DNA of 32,000 bases from assembly GCF_003945235.1 (NCBI RefSeq), contig NZ_RSDW01000001.1, positions 4,590,001 through 4,622,000 of the forward strand, given 5' to 3'. Positions 10,745 to 18,543 of the stretch are shown here, piece by piece (within the stretch, counting starts at the first letter, position 1; each line of letters begins with the position of its first letter). Under the pieces are notes generated by a model, which ran no database searches, had not been told where the DNA came from, and was given only the letters and a program-made list of their open reading frames with translations. Made by a program: the position numbers and the translations under genes. This DNA is from Edaphobacter aggregans. GTDB lineage: Bacteria > Acidobacteriota > Terriglobia > Terriglobales > Acidobacteriaceae.

Positions 10745-12571
10745 TCAGGTTTGTTGATACAGGCGATATCGTTCGGTGGTGATTGCGGGAAAAGGCTTCA
10801 TGAGCAGGGGCTCGCCATCAGTTGCGACAAGCCAGTCTGTTGAGGATGCGCTGGCGCGGCGTGCGGAGAGGAGAGCTTGTTTGCTGATCTTCTGCGGCGC
10901 GGGTTGAATGGCAAAGAGCGCGACGGGACCACGCATGAGGGCGACGAGATCCGGATGGCGTTTATCGAGCGGAGTTAAACGCAGAGGCATGTCGAAGGAG
11001 AGCTCGATGCGGTCGGCGTTCTTCCAGGTGCGGTCGATTTTGAGCCAGGTTCCCGGTTGGGGATGAAGGTCGGCGCTGCGTCCGTTGATGAGAACTTTGG
11101 TCGCTGGACCTGCCCACGCTGGGATTCGCAGAGCAATTGTGAATCGCTCGGAGCGGTCGAGCTGCAGGTTGAGCGATGTTTCGTTGGCGTTGGGGTAGAG
11201 CGTCTGCTGCGTGAGTGCAGCGGAGGCCACACCCTGTTTCCACGAGACTCGCGAGGGTACGTAGAGATTGACGTAGATGCCGTTTGGGGAGCGGAGGTAA
11301 GAGCTGATTCCGTAGTCGGCTGTTAGCTGCGGGAAGGTGCCGGAGCAGCAGGGCCACGCTTGTTCGTAGTCGGATTTGACGGCGTTCTGATTGTAGTCGG
11401 AGTAGTAGAAAGTGATGCCATCGGGGCGGATGGGGCGTGCTCCAAGGATGGTGTTATAGAGGATGGCTTCCATGCTGTCGCCGTAGGTGCTTTCGCCGGT
11501 AGCACGCATAAGGTTGCGGGCGATCTTGAAGTGTCCGTAGGCTCCGCAGGGGGTTTCGAAGCTGCTGTGGGTATGGGTGAGGGAATCTGCGAGGCCGTCG
11601 GTGTCGGGTTTCTGGAAGGTCTCGTTCGGGCCCCAGCCGCCAGTGGCGAAGCTCTGATCGAGAACGTATTGAAAGCCGTTGCGGGCGGCGGTGAGGTGAT
11701 GCTGGCTGCCGTCGACAAAGTAAGCCTGCATGGCGGAGTTGAGCGCGTTGACGTGGCTGTAGGCGTGCTGTCCGGGCAGGACGTTGTTGCCTTCGGCGAG
11801 CGGGTTGAAGTAGGTGTCGTCCTGAAGGAAACGACGGGCGAGTTGACGGTAGCGGTCGCCTGCCCCGCGAGTGTAGGCGAGGTAGAAGTTTTCGGGCAGC
11901 GTGTAGGACTCGTCCCAGGTGTAGGCGATGTTTGGGTGCGGGCGGGCCGCCATCTCTTCTCGGTCGAGGGCCTTCTCGGGTAGCCAGGGAAGGACGGCGT
12001 CGGTTGCCTTGTTCAGGACATCGAATGCAGCGGGATCGGCGGCGAACTGATGCGCGTCGATGAGGCCGCAGTTCGTCTTGTCGAAGGTGTAGGCGGGCAG
12101 GCAATAGTTGCGATAGAAGGCAGAAATTGCGGTGGGAGCGAATCCGACTACGAGGCGATGAACCTTCTGCTGTGTCGCCGGATCTCGCGTGATGGCATAC
12201 GCTCGCGAGAGGCCGGAGAGATACTGGCCGAAGGTATGGCCGGGGACATAGCCCGTCATGTTTTTGGGCGGGTCGAAGTCTTTGGAGGGCGAGTACCAGC
12301 CTCCCATGTCTTCTCCGGGTGCAGGCTGGCCGGTGAGCTGGCGAAATGGTTTGAGGATGCTGTCTTCGTCGAGATGCAGGAACAGTGCGTGATTTTGCTG
12401 AAACTGATCGAGAAGGGGGCCGTCGAGGAGCTGGACCTGCGCGTAGTCGAATTGGAGAAGCGGAGTTGGTGCAGGTGTGTCTTTCGCCAGCAACGAAGCA
12501 GGCCGCAAAGATGCGGCTGCCAGCGCTGCTGCGCTCTGACTTAGAAACTCGCGTCGGGTTTTGTTACTCAT
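10745..12571 (-). CDS. Tat-signal (alpha/alpha)6-type glycoside hydrolase-like protein, DUF1680/GH127-related
   Basis: The ATG at 12571 has GGAG 8 nt upstream. The twin-arginine signal is SNKTRREFLSQSAAALAAASL. The motifs GQHAYSHVNAL, ETPCG and WPCCSG resemble, but do not exactly match, GH127 beta-L-arabinofuranosidase zinc/cysteine motifs. The family assignment is from memory of motifs, not a search. Confidence 0.6.
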   Translation of the reverse strand: MSNKTRREFLSQSAAALAAASLRPASLLAKDTPAPTPLLQFDYAQVQLLDGPLLDQFQQNHALFLHLDEDSILKPFRQLTGQPAPGEDMGGWYSPSKDFDPPKNMTGYVPGHTFGQYLSGLSRAYAITRDPATQQKVHRLVVGFAPTAISAFYRNYCLPAYTFDKTNCGLIDAHQFAADPAAFDVLNKATDAVLPWLPEKALDREEMAARPHPNIAYTWDESYTLPENFYLAYTRGAGDRYRQLARRFLQDDTYFNPLAEGNNVLPGQHAYSHVNALNSAMQAYFVDGSQHHLTAARNGFQYVLDQSFATGGWGPNETFQKPDTDGLADSLTHTHSSFETPCGAYGHFKIARNLMRATGESTYGDSMEAILYNTILGARPIRPDGITFYYSDYNQNAVKSDYEQAWPCCSGTFPQLTADYGISSYLRSPNGIYVNLYVPSRVSWKQGVASAALTQQTLYPNANETSLNLQLDRSERFTIALRIPAWAGPATKVLINGRSADLHPQPGTWLKIDRTWKNADRIELSFDMPLRLTPLDKRHPDLVALMRGPVALFAIQPAPQKISKQALLSARRASASSTDWLVATDGEPLLMKPFPAITTERYRLYQQT

Positions 12572-12594
12572 AAACGGCTCCAATCGACGAACGA

Positions 12595-13212
12595 TTAAGT
12601 CTCATCTTCAACGAACTGGTTGGGCAGGTCGTCGTCCTGCGAGCGGTCGGGGAAGATGGTGACGGGTTGCTCGCCGTTTGGCGTGCCGAGAGCTTTGAGG
12701 ACGCGGCTGGTGTGGTGGCCTCGGCGCATGGCCATACGGCCGGTGCGGGAGACCTCGAGGATGGTGTAGCCGGACTCGGTGATGACCTGGATGAGGCCTT
12801 CGATCTTGCTGGAGCTGCCGGTCATCTCGAGCATGATGGACTCGGGAGCGAGATCGACGACGCGGGCGCGGAAGACGTTGGCGAGCTCGAAGATCTGCGA
12901 GCGTGAGTGCAGCCCGTTGGGTTCGCGGGGGCCGGCGGCGACCTTGATGAGGCATAGTTCGCGGATGACGGCTTCGCTGCGGCCTACTTCGTCGATGTCG
13001 ACGGTGATTTCGAGTTTGTACAGGCTGGCGCGAATGCGGTGGGCGGCGTGCTCGGGGGCCTCGCAGACGATGGTCATGCGGGAGGTGTCGGCGCGCTCGG
13101 ACTCGCCTACGGTGAGCGAGACGATGTTGATGTTCAGGCGGCGAAAGAGCGAGGCTACCCGGGTGAGTACGCCTGGCTTGTCTTGAACGAGAGCTACAAA
13201 GGTGTGGAGCAT
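12595..13212 (-). CDS. ilvN: Acetolactate synthase small (regulatory) subunit
   Basis: The N-terminal ACT domain is MLHTFVALVQDKPGVLTRVASLFRRLNINIVSLTVGESE, followed by an ALS_ss_C-like second half. It lies downstream of ilvB. Confidence 0.9.
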   Translation of the reverse strand: MLHTFVALVQDKPGVLTRVASLFRRLNINIVSLTVGESERADTSRMTIVCEAPEHAAHRIRASLYKLEITVDIDEVGRSEAVIRELCLIKVAAGPREPNGLHSRSQIFELANVFRARVVDLAPESIMLEMTGSSSKIEGLIQVITESGYTILEVSRTGRMAMRRGHHTSRVLKALGTPNGEQPVTIFPDRSQDDDLPNQFVEDET

Positions 13213-13220
13213 GGGTACCT
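13194..13220. repeat. Direct repeat copy A, spanning the ilvN start codon and first 6 codons
   Basis: ctacaaaggtgtggagcatgggtacct. Compare 13741-13768, ctacgaaagtgtggagcatcgggtacct. The copies differ by 2 substitutions and a 1-nt indel. Confidence 0.75.
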
Positions 13221-13243
13221 GCAGTGTGATTTTTAGTTGCCGG

Positions 13244-13759
13244 TTAGTTTGGGTTTGTGTGCGGGTTCTCGTCGGAGTGAGGTAGGTTGGTGGCCGGTGG
13301 GTGGGGATAGTTTGGAATGAAGGTTTTGGGTATCTCGTAAAGGGTGAGGGTGCCGGGCTTGGGAGTTGGTTTGGCGTTGCTGCAGAGATTGCCTGTGGTG
13401 ATGCCAGTGCTGAGAATCGTGGCGATGGAGTAGTCGGTATAGAGTTCGGCGCGTGGGCGGCAGTCGGCGTACATGTTCGAGAGAATGCGAATGGTGGTAG
13501 CGTCCCCGGTGTCTACGAGGATGATTCCGTTTTTGTCGGTGGCCATGGCTACGGATCCGATCTGCTCTACTCGGAGGGCTACGTTCAGGTGTTCGTCTGT
13601 GATGGGCTGGTTAGTCTTTGCGTTGATGATTCGGATTTTGAGCTGGTGGGTTTGGGCATTGGCGAGCGTAGGTGTTAGCGCGAGAAGGAGCATGAGCGCG
13701 GCTGCTCGGAGGGACGGGCCGAGTTTGTATTGGGGCAGGTCTACGAAAGTGTGGAGCAT
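13244..13759 (-). CDS. Hypothetical secreted protein (171 aa) inserted between ilvB and ilvN
   Basis: It starts MLHTFVDLPQ, so the first six residues are identical to IlvN. The signal-like segment is LRAAALMLLLALTPTLANAQ. C-ending codon bias matches the neighbours. The 219-aa track ORF would overlap the ilvB end. Confidence 0.6.
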   Translation of the reverse strand: MLHTFVDLPQYKLGPSLRAAALMLLLALTPTLANAQTHQLKIRIINAKTNQPITDEHLNVALRVEQIGSVAMATDKNGIILVDTGDATTIRILSNMYADCRPRAELYTDYSIATILSTGITTGNLCSNAKPTPKPGTLTLYEIPKTFIPNYPHPPATNLPHSDENPHTNPN

Positions 13760-13768
13760 CGGGTACCT
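13741..13768. repeat. Direct repeat copy B, spanning the start of the inserted 171-aa ORF
   Basis: See copy A at 13194-13220. The two copies are 547 bp apart and bracket the extra ORF. Confidence 0.75.
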
Positions 13769-13844
13769 TTCGAAAAGCCTATTGAAGTTCCTAAAGCACC
13801 AAAGGCGCGTTTCATACCAGCATGGGCGAAGCCCCATGTCCCTT

Positions 13845-15593
13845 TTATTCATCCTCCGCAGTTTCAAGAAGCGGATCTTTTTGCGGCCTGCGGACCATCT
13901 CATGGAGTGCGGCCCCCGGGGCGATCATGGGGTAGACGCCATCTTCTTTTTCTACCTGGAAGTTGATCAGGAATGCTTTGCCACTCGTGCGGGATTTTGT
14001 GACTGTGGGGGTTACATCCTTGCGCTTGCTGACGTGTGCCCCATCAATGCCGTGGGCTGCGGCTAGCTTCACGAAGTCGGGCGAGAGGATGGGGCTGGCG
14101 CTGTAGTTCTTGTCGTAGAAGGCCTCCTGCCACTGGCGCACCATGCCGAGGAAGCCGTTGTTGATGACGGCGATGTTGATGGCGAGGTTCTCCTGGACGA
14201 TGGTGGAGAGCTCGGCAGCGGTCATCTGGAAGCCGCCGTCGCCGGCGATGACCCAGACATCTTTTTGGGGGCAGGCTACCTTGGCTCCGATGGCAGCCGG
14301 CAGGGCGAAGCCCATGGTGCCAAGGCCTCCGCTGGTAACGAGCGTGCGGGAAGCGTCGTGCTTGTAGTACTGGGCCTCCCACATCTGGTGCTGACCTACA
14401 TCTGTAACGATGATGGTATCTTTTTCGCGGCCTGCGGCGACGGCTTCGCGCCAGATGTCGTTGATGACGTGGGCGGCGTAGAGGTGGCCGTTGTCGGGGA
14501 GGTTGATGATGTCGCGGACGGCGGCGTCGCCCTTCATGGCGTTGACTTCGCTGATCCAGCTGGTGTCGGACTTCCTGGGTAGTAGCGGGAGGAGGAGTTC
14601 GAGGACTTCCTTCAGGTCGCCGATGAGAGCTACGTCAGCCTTAACGTTCTTGTTGATCTCGGAGGGGTCGATCTCGATGTGGATCTTCTTGGCGTTGGGG
14701 GCGTAGCTGGCGAGGTTGCCGGTGACGCGGTCGTCGAAGCGCATGCCGAAGGCGAGCAGCAGGTCGGCCTGCTGGATGGCGTGGTTGACCCAGGATTCGC
14801 CGTGCATGCCCATCATGCCGAGCGAGAGGGCGTGGTGGGTGGGGAAGGCTCCGAGGCCGAGGAGGGTGCTGGCGACTGGGATCTGGTGACGCTCGGCGAA
14901 GGCGATGACCTGTTGCTCGGCATTGGACTGGATGATGCCGTGGCCGGCCAGGATGACGGGCCTCTTGGCGGCCTTGATGAGTTCGATGGCCTGCTGGATG
15001 GAGGAGCTTTCGGCGCGCAGCATGGGGTGGGGCCGGTAGGCGGCGGGAGCGGCGGCGGCGAAGTCGAAGGTGGCGGTGGCCTGCTGGGCGTCCTTGGTGA
15101 TGTCGACGAGGACGGGGCCAGGGCGGCCGGACTGCGCGATCTGGAAGGCGAGGCGGACAGTCGGCGCGATGTCTTCGGCGCGGGTGACGAGGAAGTTGTG
15201 CTTGGTGATGGGCAGGGTGATGCCCGTGATATCGACTTCCTGGAAGGCGTCGGAGCCAAGGACCTTGGAGGAGACCTGTCCGGTGATCGCGACGATGGGG
15301 ATGCTATCGAGCATGGCGGTGGCGATGCCGGTGACGAGGTTGGTCGCGCCGGGACCGGAGGTGGCCATGCAGACGCCGACCTTGCCGGAGGCGCGGGCAT
15401 AGCCGTCGGCCATGTGCGAGGCGCCCTGCTCGTGGCGGACGAGGATGTGGTGGATCGGGAACTTGCGCAGGGCGTCGTAGATGGGGAGGATGGCTCCGCC
15501 GGGGTAGCCGAAGACCTCGGTGACACCTTCGCCTACGAGCGTGGCCCAGAGGATCTCGGAGCCGGTTAAGGTGGGGTGTTGATTGTTAGTCAT
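13845..15593 (-). CDS. ilvB: Acetolactate synthase large (catalytic) subunit, ThDP/FAD-dependent
   Basis: 582 aa. It contains GVTEVFGYPGGAILPIYDAL, the ThDP-binding motif GLGTMGFALPAAIGAK...IAGDGGFQMT and NNGFLGMVRQWQ. GGAGG lies 7 nt upstream of the ATG. Confidence 0.95.
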   Translation of the reverse strand: MTNNQHPTLTGSEILWATLVGEGVTEVFGYPGGAILPIYDALRKFPIHHILVRHEQGASHMADGYARASGKVGVCMATSGPGATNLVTGIATAMLDSIPIVAITGQVSSKVLGSDAFQEVDITGITLPITKHNFLVTRAEDIAPTVRLAFQIAQSGRPGPVLVDITKDAQQATATFDFAAAAPAAYRPHPMLRAESSSIQQAIELIKAAKRPVILAGHGIIQSNAEQQVIAFAERHQIPVASTLLGLGAFPTHHALSLGMMGMHGESWVNHAIQQADLLLAFGMRFDDRVTGNLASYAPNAKKIHIEIDPSEINKNVKADVALIGDLKEVLELLLPLLPRKSDTSWISEVNAMKGDAAVRDIINLPDNGHLYAAHVINDIWREAVAAGREKDTIIVTDVGQHQMWEAQYYKHDASRTLVTSGGLGTMGFALPAAIGAKVACPQKDVWVIAGDGGFQMTAAELSTIVQENLAINIAVINNGFLGMVRQWQEAFYDKNYSASPILSPDFVKLAAAHGIDGAHVSKRKDVTPTVTKSRTSGKAFLINFQVEKEDGVYPMIAPGAALHEMVRRPQKDPLLETAEDE

Positions 15594-15921
15594 TGGAACC
15601 TCCCGCGATTCTTGTGTTTTCTCGTGAAAAGATTGCTTGAGTTGCTGAAAAAATTGCTTGTAACAAACTCCCGAACGCTAGAAAGACCATTGCAAAGGTG
15701 CTGGCATTTAGAAAGCCCATGATTCCGTAAGACAGAGCTCGTGGCAGGCTCCACGGAAGGACAAGGGCCAGGATGAGTGGCCAGCAGAGTAAGAAGTCAA
15801 ATGGGTTTGGCAATGCCTCCCCCGAAGTAATGTCGGCACGCACTTGTCCGATAGCGACAATGGCCAGAAGTATGCCGATGACCGCACCAGTTGTTATCCA
15901 TCCAATTTGTGCCTTCGTCAT
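15586..15921 (-). CDS. Hypothetical small integral membrane protein (111 aa, about 3 TM helices) with atypical codon usage
   Basis: Its stop overlaps the ilvB start by 8 nt, and GAGG lies 9 nt upstream of the ATG. The hydrophobic segments are GAVIGILLAIVAIG, LLCWPLILALVLPW and FAMVFLAFGSLL. There is an internal 21-nt tandem repeat (15625-15666, QAIFSAT/QAIFSRE). It is AT-richer than its neighbours. Confidence 0.5.
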   Translation of the reverse strand: MTKAQIGWITTGAVIGILLAIVAIGQVRADITSGEALPNPFDFLLCWPLILALVLPWSLPRALSYGIMGFLNASTFAMVFLAFGSLLQAIFSATQAIFSRENTRIAGGSND

Positions 15922-15932
15922 TTGCGTGCCTC

Positions 15933-16006
15933 AAGGAGAAAATCACCATGAACCAGTTCATCGGATTTCCTTATTCGAGTGCGTGTCATGGTGAGATCAT
16001 CTCCTT
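15933..16006 (-). promoter_or_regulatory. 74-bp imperfect palindrome (candidate RNA stem / attenuator-like element) in the ilvD-ilvB spacer
   Basis: The arm aaggaga-aaa-tcaccatga (15933-15951) pairs with tcatggtga-gatca-tctcctt (15986-16006). On the minus-strand RNA the inner 9-bp stem is followed by UUUUCUCCUU. The outer 7 bp pair an AAGGAGA with UCUCCUU. The function is unknown. Confidence 0.3.
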
Positions 16007-16012
16007 TTCTAT

Positions 16013-16104
16013 GAATACTTTACTGATGGTCGACCCCTTGTTATCAATACTTTAGCTTTGAAATCCACCCTCAAGTCGTTTACTTTGAATACTTTATGAC
16101 TTTA
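16013..16104 (-). repeat. Cluster of TAAAGT(ATT[C/G]A) motif copies (minus-strand reading)
   Basis: The plus-strand [g/c]aatacttta decamer occurs at 16013-16022, 16045-16054 and 16087-16096, and gactttag occurs at 16098-16105. The same motif recurs at 27709-27718 and 27801-27811 on the plus strand. Confidence 0.55.
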
Positions 16105-16123
16105 GGTATGGGGGTGGGGGTAA

Positions 16124-17821
16124 CTAGGTGGTGATGGCTCCCTCGCTGGCAGAGCTCACAGAGTTGGTGTACTTGGCGAAGACTCCGCGCTTGTAGCGGG
16201 GTTCCGGGGCCTTCCATGATTTGAGTCGTGCGGCGATCTCTTCGGCTGGCACGTCGAGGCGAAGTTCGCGGTTGGGGATGTCGAAGGTGATCATGTCGCC
16301 TTCGCGGACAGCGGCGATGGGGCCTCCGAGCTGGGCTTCGGGGGCAACGTGGCCGACCATGAGGCCGCGGGTGGCTCCGGAGAAGCGGCCGTCGGTGAGG
16401 AGGGCTACGGTCTCCGAGAGCTCGGGGATGCCTTTGATCGCTGCGGTAACGGCTAGCATCTCGCGCATGCCGGGGCCTCCGCGGGGGCCTTCGTAGCGGA
16501 TGACGCAGACGTCGTTGGGGTTGATCTTGCCGGCTTCGACGGCGGCGTGGCAGGCATCCTCGGAGTTAAAGACGCGCGCGGGCCCAGTGTGATTGAGGCG
16601 CTCGTGGCCGGCGACTTTGACGACGGAGCCGTCGGGGGAGAGGTTGCCTTTGAGGATAACGAGGCCGCCGGTGGGCTTGAGCGGGTGTTCGATGGGATAG
16701 ATGACGGGCTGGTTGGGCGTCTCGACGGCGTGGACGGCCTCTTCGGCGAGGGTCTTGCCAGTGACGGTGATCTGGCTACCGTCGATGAGGCCTGCGTCGA
16801 GGAGCCGCTTCGCGAGAAGACGGGAGCCGCCTGCGTCCTGGTAGTCCTTGGCTGCGTATTTGCCGCCGGGGGAGAGGTCGCAGATATGCGGGGTGCGGTC
16901 GCTGATAGCGTTGAAGTCGTCGATGATGAAGGGGATGTTGTACTCACGCGCGATAGCGAGCAGGTGCAGGACAGCGTTGGTGCTGCCGCCCGAGGCGCAG
17001 GCGGAGACGTAGGCGTTCTCGATGGCCTTGCGCGTGACGATCTTCGAGGGGCGCAGGTCGTTCTTGGCTAGCTCCATGACGAGGCGGCCTGCCTCGCGAC
17101 TGGCGGCTGCCTTGTCGGCGGACATGGCGGGGACTCCGGTGATCTGGATGGGGGAGATGCCGAGGAACTCGCCGGCCATGGCCATGGTGTTGGCGGTGAA
17201 CTGGCCGCCGCAGGCTCCGGGGCCCGGACAGGCGGCTGCTTCGAGAGCTTCGAGTTCGTCATTATTAATCTTTCCGGCGGCGTGGGAGCCCATGCCTTCG
17301 AAGACCTGAAGGATGGTGATCTCTTTGGTCGTGCCGTCGGGCTGGGGGAGCTTGCCGGGTGCGATGGAGCCGCCGTAGAGCATGAGGCCCGGGATGTCGA
17401 GTCGGCCAAGCGCCATGATGGCGGCGGGCATGTTCTTGTCGCAGCCGGCGATGCAGATGAGGCCGTCGAAGGAGTTGCCGCGCGCGACGAGTTCGATGGA
17501 GTCGGCGATGACCTCGCGGGAGATGAGCGAGGCCTTCATGCCCTCGGTGCCCATGGTAATGCCGTCGGAGATGGTGACGGTGTTGAACTCCATGGGGGTG
17601 CCCCCGGCCTCGCGGACGCCCTGCTTGACGGCTTCAGCGACCTGACGGAGATGGAAGTTGCAGGGGCCGATCTCTGTCCAGGTGTTGGCTATGCCGATGA
17701 TGGGCTTGTGCAGGTCTTCTTTGCTGAAGCCTACGCCGCGCAGGTAGGAACGGGCTGCGGCTCGACTGGGGCCTTCGGTGAGGATTCTCGAGTGCTTCTT
17801 GGGATCGATTTCGTTGCTCAC
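16124..17821 (-). CDS. ilvD: Dihydroxy-acid dehydratase
   Basis: 565 aa with a GTG start preceded by AGAGAGGAA. The motifs CDKNMPA, GSIAPG and TDGRFSGATRG are typical of IlvD/Edd-family dehydratases. Confidence 0.95.
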   Translation of the reverse strand: MSNEIDPKKHSRILTEGPSRAAARSYLRGVGFSKEDLHKPIIGIANTWTEIGPCNFHLRQVAEAVKQGVREAGGTPMEFNTVTISDGITMGTEGMKASLISREVIADSIELVARGNSFDGLICIAGCDKNMPAAIMALGRLDIPGLMLYGGSIAPGKLPQPDGTTKEITILQVFEGMGSHAAGKINNDELEALEAAACPGPGACGGQFTANTMAMAGEFLGISPIQITGVPAMSADKAAASREAGRLVMELAKNDLRPSKIVTRKAIENAYVSACASGGSTNAVLHLLAIAREYNIPFIIDDFNAISDRTPHICDLSPGGKYAAKDYQDAGGSRLLAKRLLDAGLIDGSQITVTGKTLAEEAVHAVETPNQPVIYPIEHPLKPTGGLVILKGNLSPDGSVVKVAGHERLNHTGPARVFNSEDACHAAVEAGKINPNDVCVIRYEGPRGGPGMREMLAVTAAIKGIPELSETVALLTDGRFSGATRGLMVGHVAPEAQLGGPIAAVREGDMITFDIPNRELRLDVPAEEIAARLKSWKAPEPRYKRGVFAKYTNSVSSASEGAITT

Positions 17822-17907
17822 TTCTTTTGTTCCTCTCTTCTGCTTATGGGGCGCTATCTGCGAAATACAGGGATTCTTCGCTGCGTTCAGAATGACGGCG
17901 TAAACCG

Positions 17908-18543
17908 TTATGCGACATTTGCTTTAGGCGCGGACCAGAAATCTTCGTCGTGGCGGCGCTCGAAGTGGTCCAGAGCATGCTCGTGGCGCAGGGTTAAACC
18001 GATGTCGTCGAGTCCGTTTAGCAGGCAGTATTTGCGGAATGGATCGATGTCGAAGTGAGCGTTAAAGCCTTCGTCGTCGGTGACGGTTTGCTGTTCGAGG
18101 TTGATGGTGAGCTTGTGTTTTGGGTTCGCGGTGGTGCGGGCGAGGAGGGTTTTGACCTCGTCGTCGGTGAGGCGGCAGAGGATGATGCCGTTCTTGCCGG
18201 CGTTCGAGAAGAAGATGTCGGCAAAGCTGGGCGCGATGACGGCGCGGAAGCCGTACTGGTTGATGGCCCAGGCAGCGTGCTCGCGGGAGCTGCCACAGCC
18301 GAAGTTCTTCTCGGCGATGAGGATCTCGGCACCCTTGTGTTCGGGCTTGTTGAGGACGAAGTCAGGGTTGGGCTCGCCGGCGGCGGGGCCGTCCTGAATC
18401 CGGCGCCAGTCGAAGAAGAGGAAATCGCCATAGCCAGTGCGCTCGATGCGCTTGAGGAACTGCTTCGGGATGATCTGGTCGGTGTCGATGTTCGGCAGTG
18501 GCAGCGGGGCAGCGGTGGAGGTGAGGATGTTGATGGGTTCCAT
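17908..18543 (-). CDS. leuD: 3-isopropylmalate dehydratase small subunit
   Basis: 211 aa. It contains NIDTDQIIPKQFLK and FGCGSSREHAAWA. Its start overlaps the leuC stop (TAATG). Confidence 0.95.
   Translation of the reverse strand: MEPINILTSTAAPLPLPNIDTDQIIPKQFLKRIERTGYGDFLFFDWRRIQDGPAAGEPNPDFVLNKPEHKGAEILIAEKNFGCGSSREHAAWAINQYGFRAVIAPSFADIFFSNAGKNGIILCRLTDDEVKTLLARTTANPKHKLTINLEQQTVTDDEGFNAHFDIDPFRKYCLLNGLDDIGLTLRHEHALDHFERRHDEDFWSAPKANVA

Noticed and set aside
14679-15569. 296-aa plus-strand ORF, and the 237-aa minus-strand alternative frame at 14813-15526
   Set aside because: Both overlap ilvB. They are low-complexity G/D/A or P/S/A-rich translations with no start context.
15918-15989. 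23-aa upstream ORF (MTRTRIRKSDELVHGDFLLEARK) as an ilv leader peptide
   Set aside because: It has no run of Ile/Val/Leu codons and no convincing SD. It is probably a chance ORF within the palindrome region.
16111-16121. GGGGGTGGGGG run as a G-quadruplex
   Set aside because: Only two long G-runs are present and the neighbouring runs are GG only. That is insufficient for a confident G4 call.
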